Below are positions 52,545 to 61,943 of a stretch of DNA of 64,000 nt, in pieces; the first letter of the stretch is position 1; every line of letters starts with the position of its first letter. The DNA is from Naegleria gruberi (Eukaryota). The notes beneath the pieces are model-generated. The model was not told the DNA's origin and did no database searches. It saw nothing but the letters and a program-made list of their open reading frames with translations. The stretch lies in the NCBI GenBank assembly GCA_000004985.1, contig GG738870.1, one strand, 5' to 3'. Made by a program: the position numbers and the translations under genes.

Positions 52545-55500
52545 TTACTTTTTGATACCAATGAGGGCACTGTTGAGTTTGCTACTGTCAATGTTACCAC
52601 CTCCATCGAGATCATCACCTCCAGCTCCTCCTCTTGCTCCACCTCTACGGAGAGCAACTGATTTGGCAGCTGTGGCAAGTTTTAATTGTTGCATCTTTTC
52701 ATCCATAGCTCCTCTTCCTTCACCTCCACCAACTGTGGATTTGTTCTTAAGTACATCAAGTTTTTGCTTGGCTGAATTGATCTTAAGTTGTTGTTTGGCA
52801 GCTTCCTTCTTAACCTTTTCTTCTTCGGCCTTCTTTTTCTTTTCTTCTGCCTTTTTGGCTTGTTCATTCTTTTCATTGGCCTGTTTGAATTGTTGCATGA
52901 ATAGATCGATGAGAGCCAAGAATTTATCAGGTTCCTTTTGTAAATCTTCTGGTCTTTCATCAAATGACTTGGCAAGAGAATCAATTTCAGTTTTCATAAT
53001 CTTGAATTTAGCTTCAATACCTTCCAATTCATCCTTAACTTTTTGTTCAAAGCTTTCCATTGTTGAAACGAACTTGTCTTCTTCAGAGGTATTTTCCCTA
53101 GCTTTTGTAATTTGTTGTGAAAGTTGAGTGAGACACTTCTTCAATTCGTTGATATCATCTTCAACTGATCCAACCAAAACACGTGTAGCTGGTTGAATAT
53201 GAGTTAATTGAGTATCAAAGTCCATCAAGTGTTTCTTCTTTTCTCCAATGAAATCGACAATGTACTGGAGTAAACTAGTTTTACCATCACCTGATTTGGT
53301 GTCAGCAAGTTTTTGCAATGATTTGAGCTTGAAACCAAATGATATTTTCTTCTTTTGTTGACCGTTCAAAAAGTTACCAAATGTAAGAATGACAGCAAGA
53401 ATTTCCATGAATTTTTCACTTTCTCTAGCTTCCTTACATCCCAAAATCATATTTTCAATATCTGGCTTAATTTTTGAAATCATTTCATTGAAACGGAACT
53501 TGAATGACCAAGCATCCAATCTTCCAATCAAGTTAGGTATACCGTTCATGACACGGAAGAATTTATCTGGTTCAGCCAATTCATCCATCGGTCCATCATA
53601 TCCCATCACAGTATCAACTTCTTCTTGTTCTGGAGCAATTTGCTTAATAGTTCCAATATTATCAGCAGTCACAACTGCTTCATCCATAGCAATAATAGCT
53701 TTTCTGAGCATATCATATGATACACCTCTGATACTACCTAATTGGAGTGATACAGAGTAACTACGCTTAGCATCAAGCAATGATTTAACTTCCTTCTTCT
53801 TTTCCTTTGGTTCTGCTTTTTCACCTTCTTTTTCTTTCTTTGCTGTAGAGAATACAGTTGACAATTCATCAAGATTCAGCTTGGAAATAATAGAATTGGT
53901 TTCTTGAGCAATATTCTTCTTAATGAAAATTGTTTTTGCGACATTGTTCTTGTTGATAGCATCAAAGTGAACTTGACGAGTTGTTTCAGTTGGTGCCTTA
54001 GTTGGCAATGTTGGTAAACCATCACCAACACCAACACCTCTTCCACGGCCCATCATTGGCATACCAGGTACACCAGGTACTCCTGGAATACCAGGAACAC
54101 TTGGCACTCCTGGAATACCCATACCAGGTGGCATAGGAACACCTCCCATACCAGGTGGCATTGGTACTCCACCACCCATTCCAGGTGGCATTGGAATACC
54201 ACTACCAGGAGGCATTGGAATACCACCAGGTGGAGGAGGAATACCACCCATTCCTGGAGGCATTGGAATACCACCCATTCCAGGTGGCATTGGAATACCA
54301 CTACCAGGAGGAGGAGGAATACCAGTTCCAATAGGAGGAGGAGGAATACCCATTCCAGGAGGTGTTGGAATACCTACACCAATTGGTGGTGGAGGAATAC
54401 CCATTCCAGGAGGTGTTGGTATATCACCACCACCCAAAATTGGAGGTGGAGGAACACCAACTCCAGGAGGAAGAGGAATATTACTAGTTGTAGGTGCAAG
54501 TGAAGGATCTTCTTGTGTTGGTGGATTCTTCTTTAATTGATCCCTTTCTGTTTCCAATTCTTTCTCCTTCTTTTTCAAAGTTTCAATCTTGGTATTACAT
54601 TCAGAAATTAATTTCTTAACATTGTCCTCCTCTTTGGTCCAGTGTTTTTTCTTATCATCGAGTACCTTCTTTGCATGTTGGACTTGTTCATTGTTTGCCT
54701 TCTTTGAAAAGACTTCATTCTTAAGTTTTTCAATTTCTTGGTGGAGTTGAGTGAGTTCAGCCTTAATGTGGGAGTGCTTTTCTTGTTGAGTAGCCTTTTC
54801 CTTCTCAGTTTCAGAAAGCTCACTTCTAGTTTGAGCTGTTTGTTCTTCAATTTCTTTCAAGAACTTTTCCTTTTCTTCAGAAAGGGAATTCTTCTTCTTT
54901 TCAATTTCTTCCAAAGTTTTGGAAATTTCAACAATTTTAGTCTCGTACTCTTGAAGAATAGATTCGCGTTCTGATTGCAAGTTATTAAGTTGATATTGTT
55001 GGGTTTTGACTCTGTCAGCAAGTTGTTTTTCCTTCTCTGTTTTGATTTTCATGTCTTCTTCTGCTCTCTTTGGTGCCAATCCAGCATCAACCAAAAGTTT
55101 AATCTTGCTCCAATTTTGAGCTGATTGTTGTTCGGTAAGAGACTTGTCAATAGCCACCGAGTTGTAAATGATCAATTCAGTTAACAATTCATAGAGCATA
55201 TTTTTCAAAGGTTCATCATCGGAAACTTCATTCAATTTTTGTTTAAGAAGCTTGACAACATTTACAGAATCTGATAAATCATTTTCCAAAAATTCTTTTT
55301 GACAAACTTCCAGTTCACCAGCTAAAACTTCCATTTGACTGTTCAAATCAGTAATAAATTCTTGAGCTTCCTCATCTTCCATAGATTGAACAGATTTTTC
55401 CAAGCTTTGATTCTTGAGCTCTGTAATTACTTCCAAACATTTCAAATTTCTAAATTCCTTCTTGAACAAGGATTTGGTACCTTCATCAGGAGATTGATCC

Positions 55501-56658
55501 AATAATGTATTGAACAAGAACAATGCATAGTATGCATAGTCGAGATTAGATTTTGTCATTCTTTGAATAATATCATAAAATCTGGTCTTTTCTCTCTTGA
55601 CAAGTCTATAGTGACTCAATGCACTGACAACCAAACTAAAACCATGACTTGCCCAACTGGCCATGACAATCAAAATTTGTAAAATATCACAAGCTGCTTC
55701 AATATTTGGAGTATCTAAAATGAGAACCAAGTTTTTCATGGCATCTTTTTCTGCCAAAAATTCTTCAATACCCACATTGGTATTCAACAAGGCCTTCAAG
55801 GCAGCAATACAGAGGGATTGTTTTTCCAAATCCTCTACAGTAGCAACCATATTTGTGGATGTGAGTGTTCCACTTTCGTGCTCAGAGACAGCAGTTGATG
55901 TACCGCCTTGCTCAGAGTTGGATTGGTGATGTTGATGGAAATTTGGTGTATAATCTTCAGAGTCAGAATATTCTCCTTGATCGATTTCCATATTATCGGA
56001 GGCAGGTGTTACATCTTCCTCAGATTGTTGTTTTCTAGAAAGAACATTGGTCATATTCAAACAATGGATCAAATGTTTGATACCTCCTTGCATAATAAAT
56101 TGGTTGACCCATCGAATTGGCTTGTCAACCAAAAGTTCAGCAATACGAGCCAAACGTGCAGAATCATAATTGTGTTTTTCCCATTGAGAAAGGAGTACGA
56201 AAGGAGTATCCTCATCAGCAGTTTGATCATTATCGTTTTTAAAGTAATACAAACGTCTATTGATTATATTGTATTAACATGATTGATTATATTGTAATGA
56301 AACATTTTAAACATAACATCCAAAGAGTTACATACCTGACTTTTTCCTGTACAGTTTTAGTTGCCAATTGTTTTCTTCTGATACTATCTGGTACTCCCAT
56401 TTCCACTAACATTTCATTGAAATTTCCATTGACATCATCGTCATTCCATTGTAATTGTTGTTGGTAGGCAAGAGCATTAAAAGGTTCTCTATTAAAACCT
56501 CCATTATTACTACCACCAATGTTTGATGATGAGTGGGATGGGGAATTATTTGGTGAGTGATGAAGCGCCGAAGATGATGAAGAAGCAGCCTGAATCGTCA
56601 GTTGCTGCGAGTGAGAGAGCGCGGAAGTACTCTTTGATGTATTCTTTTTTGGCGCCAT
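52545..56658 (-). CDS. Diaphanous-related formin (GBD/FH3, coiled coil, poly-Pro FH1, FH2). It has two exons, 56658..56336 and 56256..52545.
   Basis: The intron is 56257..56335 (GTATGT…ATCAATAG, 79 nt) and joins …TVQEKV|R|LYYFKND… in frame. FH1 has more than 12 repeats of PPGMGIPPPPIG. The FH2 region follows and a basic C-terminal tail ends the protein. Confidence 0.8.
54040..54480 (-). repeat. Tandem imperfect about 30-36-nt repeats encoding the formin FH1 polyproline tract
   Basis: The units ccaggtggcattggaatacc[a/c]cc… are repeated. The translation is (M)GIPPPPG/IG repeated. Confidence 0.7.
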
Positions 56659-56985
56659 AATTTCAAAGAGAGAAAATTTGTAGAGTTACTGTTGTTGTTT
56701 GTAGGTGGTTTGTATCACACACTAAATTTTTAATTGATTGTTGTGTGAAGGGAATGGTAGGATGAGTGGAATGGTTAGATTGATTTTTTTTTAAATTTTT
56801 GTGATTTTGGATGTCGTTTGTCATGTGATTGACAAGTGAATTTGGAACCACAAAAAAATTAGCACCACACTAACATTTAATGATAATTACTCATATAAAC
56901 ATGGAAGCGTATCATAATCGCAAATAAAATAGTGCTTCTCTATATTCATTAAGATTTACTAAGACAATTTTCATTATGAATGTAA

Positions 56986-57059
56986 GCAGCGATAGATCAG
57001 TTGGTTAGATCGTAAGCCTAACACGCTTAAGGTCGCGGGTTCAAGCCCCGCTCGCTGTA
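56986..57059 (+). tRNA. tRNA-Val (anticodon AAC, presumably I34), 74 nt
   Basis: Acceptor GCAGCGA/TCGCTGT (G1-U72), D-arm GATC-AGTTGGTTA-GATC, anticodon loop CTAACAC, T-arm GCGGG-TTCAAGC-CCCGC, discriminator A. Confidence 0.8.
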
Positions 57060-57428
57060 TCATTTTGTTACACAATGTTAAATCTTTGAACTTGTTTAAA
57101 TTAAAGAACTTTGAATTGTTAGGTTTTACTTTGACAAACTTTATTTTATGAAATTTGTTGAAATAAAAACGCAAAGAAGATGGTGCATTTTTAGATACTA
57201 ATTGTAAGACAAAGCATGATAGAGGACACATATGGTGCTCTTCTCTTGTGAGCTAAACTCGCTGGTGTAATTTGTAGGCATCCTTGAGGATTTGGAAGTA
57301 ATAGCTTGGTCTATTATTAACACCCTTCACATTCCTAGCGTGGCTGTGAATCAAAGTTGGGTTTTATTGGAAATGTTGATTAGGTATTAAGTACCCAAAC
57401 AAAAGGTGTTGGTGAACTAAAAACGTAA

Positions 57429-57517
57429 GGCGGCTTAGCACAGTGGCAGTGCATCAGTCTTGTAGACAGAAATGCTGAGATAACTGAGGGTCGAGGGTTC
57501 AATTCCCTCAGTCGCCT
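57429..57517 (+). tRNA. Intron-containing tRNA, most likely tRNA-Thr (UGU), 89 nt with a ~17-nt intron after position 37
   Basis: Acceptor GGCGGCT/AGTCGCC, D-arm GCAC-AGTGGCA-GTGC. The anticodon stem is TCAGT/ACTGA with loop CTTGTA|intron|A. T-arm GAGGG-TTCAATT-CCCTC. A T4 run follows. The anticodon assignment depends on intron placement; Tyr(GUA) was considered and is less consistent. Confidence 0.6.
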
Positions 57518-57538
57518 TTTGTTAATTGATAATCAAGT

Positions 57539-58684
57539 TTATGCTAATTTTTTTAATGTTTCTACTGATCCATCCCATGGCAATATTGAGACTACCATTC
57601 TTGAAACAATCGAAACAGCAGGTTGGAAACCTACAACATCCTTAGCCAACGAATATTGATAATCTACAATGCTATCTCCAAAACAAGTATAGAATTTCAT
57701 ATTCACATCCAGACCTTTTTGATAAAATTCCACACCAATAACATCTCCCTCTCGATTATTATTATTTGCCCTGGAGTATTCGCACTGCCCCCTATAAGAT
57801 TTAGAGTGAGAATGAACGCAATATCCCACTCCATTAGAGGTTTCCTTTCCGATATAATAATGGATTGCAGAGCTGGTTGAATTTCTGCTTTGATTCTCCT
57901 TATCATCAATTCCAATAACAATTCCCCAGGCATTTGAACCTTCATTGTGATAATTTGTCAAATGAATAGCCCAGAAATATCTGAATTCTTGTATCAATTT
58001 TTTTCCAACTATACAAGTTTCCCAATCACCATTCAAATTTTTATGACATGAATGAAAACAATGGTCATTATTAGTAAAATCAACACACGAATGATGAGCT
58101 TCATGCTCATAACTGTTAATAAAAGAAGGAATTGATAGTGGAAATCCCGATCTATCAAATGAAAAAGCCTTAAACAAGCAAATCAAGAAAAAATAGGCAT
58201 TCTCTTGATGATCGTCATACACTTTACGAAACTCTTCCTCTTGCAAATAGTTCATAATTCCACTCATAGTATCCTTCTCCTTAAATTCTTTAATTTGCAA
58301 TGAAAATTCATCAAATAATTTTCTCATCACTCGTCCAACATTTAGCTCCTTCTCCGATAATTTAAATTCATCCTCCTGATGCTTAATCATTGATCGGAGA
58401 GAATTTTCCCAAACACTTGACGAAGATAAGAGAATACTTCTCAATGATCGGTTGATTTTCAATAGAGAGAATAAAGACTTTACATCCAAAAAGGAGCACA
58501 CAACATCCTCCAACACTTCTGTTGGAATTGCATTGATCAGACTTTCCATTTTTTTGTAATATTGTTGTGCTAATAATAGTAACGTTACAAGTTCTGATAA
58601 TGTCAAACGAGAACTCTTTGTTCGAATTTTTAGTCCTTCCACTTTATTACTGAGCTCTTTAAATGTTCCTAAATCAGTAATCAA
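57539..58684 (-). CDS. F-box plus SPRY (B30.2) domain protein (FBXO45-like architecture)
   Basis: The N-terminal F-box is IPTEVLEDVVCSFLDVKSLFSLLKINRSLRSIL. The C-terminal SPRY signature is WGIVIGID…GVGYCVHSHSKSY…GDVIGVEF. Confidence 0.65.
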   Translation of the reverse strand: MITDLGTFKELSNKVEGLKIRTKSSRLTLSELVTLLLLAQQYYKKMESLINAIPTEVLEDVVCSFLDVKSLFSLLKINRSLRSILLSSSSVWENSLRSMIKHQEDEFKLSEKELNVGRVMRKLFDEFSLQIKEFKEKDTMSGIMNYLQEEEFRKVYDDHQENAYFFLICLFKAFSFDRSGFPLSIPSFINSYEHEAHHSCVDFTNNDHCFHSCHKNLNGDWETCIVGKKLIQEFRYFWAIHLTNYHNEGSNAWGIVIGIDDKENQSRNSTSSAIHYYIGKETSNGVGYCVHSHSKSYRGQCEYSRANNNNREGDVIGVEFYQKGLDVNMKFYTCFGDSIVDYQYSLAKDVVGFQPAVSIVSRMVVSILPWDGSVETLKKLA

Positions 58685-58942
58685 CCAATTCCAATATTAA
58701 TATTAGGAATGTTTGCAAATGTGTATTTCAAGTCTTGAGAAATGAAGATATTTTTTTGAAGATTTTGTGCTTGGATCTGGAAAAGGAAACAGATGGCGCA
58801 GAGCTTCTAAGAAGGAATGAGATTAAATATAAAGAAAATATAAATGAGAATAAATCAATTCTCAACGATTATCAAATTAAGCTTATAATCTCCAACAGTT
58901 TAATATATTAATATTAAATATACAATCTCTAAATTTCTAAAA

Positions 58943-59716
58943 TTACAATGTTTCTTCCGAGTCAGCAAATGCAAATTTGCTCACAGTAAAATAGTTCAAA
59001 ATTCCAACAAGAATTAATGATAAAATCCAAGCATAAGTATGCCCCACTTTGAAATATCCAACTAACATGTAATTCAAAATTGTTGAAAATACCATTGAAA
59101 TTCCATAAACAAAATAAGTTCTAATCAAAGATCGCCAATATTCAGAATTTGACCTCTTTCCAAAAACTATTCTACAATGCAATTCATATTGACACCATAT
59201 CGAAAGTGAATATGACAATAACCAACACAAACTCGATTTTGTCGATTCATCCTCTGAAGTTATGAATTGATATAAAAAGTGATAAAACAAGAAGAAGATA
59301 AACGTTCCAATTATTGTAGAAACTTGAAACAAGAATACCTTTCTTCCTTCTGTCATTCTTGATGGCCCATTATTATAAAAGAAGGAATCTACAAGAGCAG
59401 AAATATCATCGGGTGATGAAGTCGTTACTTCCTGAAGGCTTTGTGAAGTGTCTTTAATTTCCACTATTGAAGATGACAATAATGCATCACTCTGATGATG
59501 TATTGGTGATGAAGGTGATTCACTTCGGTGATGATGAATCAAATCTTCCAAATCTTGAGGTGAAGTTACAACACTTGAATCCTTTGAAGGAGGAAGAGAA
59601 CCCACCACACTGCTACTACTGCTACCAATCACATTATTTATACCACCCCCACTAGCATTGCTATTCGTTTGCAATAGAGAGGAAACATTGGTTCGGAGGG
59701 TTGGTGGTTGTAACAT
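58943..59716 (-). CDS. Small multi-TM membrane protein (GtrA-like guess) with a Ser-rich N-terminus
   Basis: The 257-aa ORF has about 4 TM helices in its C-terminal half. Confidence 0.45.
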   Translation of the reverse strand: MLQPPTLRTNVSSLLQTNSNASGGGINNVIGSSSSSVVGSLPPSKDSSVVTSPQDLEDLIHHHRSESPSSPIHHQSDALLSSSIVEIKDTSQSLQEVTTSSPDDISALVDSFFYNNGPSRMTEGRKVFLFQVSTIIGTFIFFLFYHFLYQFITSEDESTKSSLCWLLSYSLSIWCQYELHCRIVFGKRSNSEYWRSLIRTYFVYGISMVFSTILNYMLVGYFKVGHTYAWILSLILVGILNYFTVSKFAFADSEETL

Positions 59717-59991
59717 TTTTTATCAAAGCGATGACGAAGACAAGAGGATGATGGTTGTGTGATGAAGAATTGAAATTCTCTTTCTGTGGATGACGATTGG
59801 TTTTACATGATGAATGAGCATGAAAGGAGAATGAATGGAATTGGGAATTTGATTTTTTTCATTGTGAAAGAACTGGAGAACAATGATTGGCGCTCATTTG
59901 CATGGAGGAGTACCTTGTCTTGTTCTATTATGAAAAGTGCATGCCGTTAAATTTCCTGTTAATGCTGATAATTTAATTTTAAAATTAAAAA

Positions 59992-60648
59992 ATGTCCTTC
60001 TTTTTAAAGCTGTTCGGAGGCTCATCAAATTCTGTTGAGAAGGATTTGAAAAAGAAGAGAAGAATGCTAGAATTAACAGAAAATCAAATGCAAGTTCAAG
60101 AGGAAACATATGAAACACTAACGGAAACAATTAATACAATGAAAAAACATTTAGAATCGATAAAATTGAGAGAACAGGAGATGATTCTTCTTCATGTACA
60201 AACGGAACAAGAATTAAAGGAAGATTATGAATTATATTTAGCAAAACAAGTTAAGGATGAAGATTACGAAAGAAAGTATGAATATTCTAGAAAGTTTCTC
60301 GAAGAAACAATTATTGAAAAGAAGAGGGTAATTAAACTCAAAATGGATGAATACATTGAAAGGATAGAATCATTGGAGAAGAAAGCAGAGGATATTTTGA
60401 AAACTAAAAAACTGACACAAGAGAGTAATATTAAACTTGCCGAAGATATTTCAAATTTGGAGGAAGCTAGAAGAAAAGAATTCCATGCCTCCGATGACTA
60501 TAACCATCTACATGATGATGATTTGGAAGCAGGATCCTCCTCTACTCACGTTCCTCTCACTACCAATACCAGTGAGATTCAACCACATCAAGAACCATTA
60601 GATCACAAAGGAGATTTGTGGACTAGACAGGAGGAAGATCTCACCTAA
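59992..60648 (+). CDS. Coiled-coil protein (charged, heptad-rich; Snf7/ESCRT-III-like start MSFFLKLFG is a weak guess)
   Basis: The 218-aa ORF is highly charged with K/E heptads and has an acidic C-terminus. Confidence 0.45.
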   Translation: MSFFLKLFGGSSNSVEKDLKKKRRMLELTENQMQVQEETYETLTETINTMKKHLESIKLREQEMILLHVQTEQELKEDYELYLAKQVKDEDYERKYEYSRKFLEETIIEKKRVIKLKMDEYIERIESLEKKAEDILKTKKLTQESNIKLAEDISNLEEARRKEFHASDDYNHLHDDDLEAGSSSTHVPLTTNTSEIQPHQEPLDHKGDLWTRQEEDLT

Positions 60649-60782
60649 TCTGTTTACCACCACACTGATTTTATCATTAGAAAAATCTGAAATGATCTAG
60701 TTAAGATTACAAATTTAGAAAATTGTCAATATTTCAATTGAAATATTGAAAGTGTACATAAAAATTCGAATAAATTAGTGAC

Positions 60783-61649
60783 TTATTTATTAGATGTTTC
60801 TTTGAGCTTCTTTTGTAACTTGTTTCGTATTTTCCTCAAATATTCCTTTTGATTTTTCTTTGTTTTCTTTGAAATCTTTGATGAATCACCACGAGCAAGG
60901 TTACAGATAAGTTTTTGTTGTTTCTTCAATTGGGCAGCAACACCATTTTCAAGAATAGAGCTATGAGCATCTTCCTTCTTGAATTTGAAAATTTGCTTTT
61001 GTCTAGCCAATGGATTGTCACCATCTAACATGGAAACACGAATAACTCTATCATTCAGCAGATAATAATCAAAAGTTTCTACAATCATTTTAGCAATTTC
61101 AGGATCTTCCATTTGGACATAGGCCTTGTTGAGTGGATGACCAGTATTCTTACTTCTTGGTACTCTGACATTGATAACAGTTCCGACTTGAGAGAAGAAT
61201 TTTGTAACTTCTTCTTCATAGAATCCGTGTGGAAGTTTTCTAATTACAAATGTTCTAATAGTATTTGAAAAATCGACACCTTGTTTGGCATCACCCGATT
61301 GTTTACCATCCTTGTTATTTTCTTGTCCAATATTACGTGAGGACTTTAAGTTTTCAAAGAGGGCTGCAATTTTAGTAACAGCTTCTTCCTTTCTATTTTG
61401 GAAAAATGGTTTCTTATCTTCTTCTTCTTCTTCGTTTATGTCTGTCATATCTTCAGATGTTACTTCAGTTGTGGTTGCTTCTACTCCGGAAGTTTCATCT
61501 TCTTCATCCTCAGAATCTGATTCATACAATGCTTGAACATCCTTTGTAAATTCCTCGTTCTTATCTTTATATTCTTGTTCCTTTACTTGGATTACTTGTT
61601 GTTGTTGTTTTAATTCACGAAGTCTACTCTTTAAATCTGTTGAAGACAT
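60783..61649 (-). CDS. RRM-domain nucleolar protein (NIFK/Nop15-like) with a Lys-rich C-terminal tail
   Basis: An RRM is present with RNP-like segments (TFVIRKLPHGFYEEEVTKFF…KAYVQMEDPEIA). An N-terminal acidic/Ser patch and a basic C-terminus flank it. Confidence 0.65.
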   Translation of the reverse strand: MSSTDLKSRLRELKQQQQVIQVKEQEYKDKNEEFTKDVQALYESDSEDEEDETSGVEATTTEVTSEDMTDINEEEEEDKKPFFQNRKEEAVTKIAALFENLKSSRNIGQENNKDGKQSGDAKQGVDFSNTIRTFVIRKLPHGFYEEEVTKFFSQVGTVINVRVPRSKNTGHPLNKAYVQMEDPEIAKMIVETFDYYLLNDRVIRVSMLDGDNPLARQKQIFKFKKEDAHSSILENGVAAQLKKQQKLICNLARGDSSKISKKTKKNQKEYLRKIRNKLQKKLKETSNK

Positions 61650-61943
61650 TTTTTATTCAATTCAAAAAACGAGAAATTTACTTCATTTTTCATCATCAGA
61701 AATTTATTTGAACTGAATTTCACCATCACACAAAGCAAAGAAGAAGCACAAGTCTTTGGTATCATGTTGCTTTCATAAGAAATCATCTTCGGAACCATCA
61801 TCAATAAATTATGTTGCGATAAATCAAAATTAACGTTAATTTATCATCAAAACAGATATTAATATATCAATCCAATCAATTTATGATATATTTTCAAGCA
61901 ACATGAAGATTTTCAAAGCCTTTTAAAACACAAAAAGAATAAA

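Noticed and set aside
52537-53127. 196-aa plus-strand ORF rich in Pro/Ser/Ala (…PPPSRSSPPAPPLAPPL…)
   Set aside because: It is the antisense shadow of the formin coding sequence on the minus strand. Its composition mirrors the K/E-rich sense strand, and nothing supports it as a gene.
56974-57231. 85-aa minus-strand ORF overlapping tRNA-Val
   Set aside because: It overlaps a clear tRNA gene on the other strand and is AT-rich low-complexity. It is spurious.
57429-57517. Alternative call of this tRNA as Tyr(GUA)
   Set aside because: It would require stem CAGTC with no complementary 3' strand and G37. Thr(UGU) gives a perfect 5-bp stem and A37.
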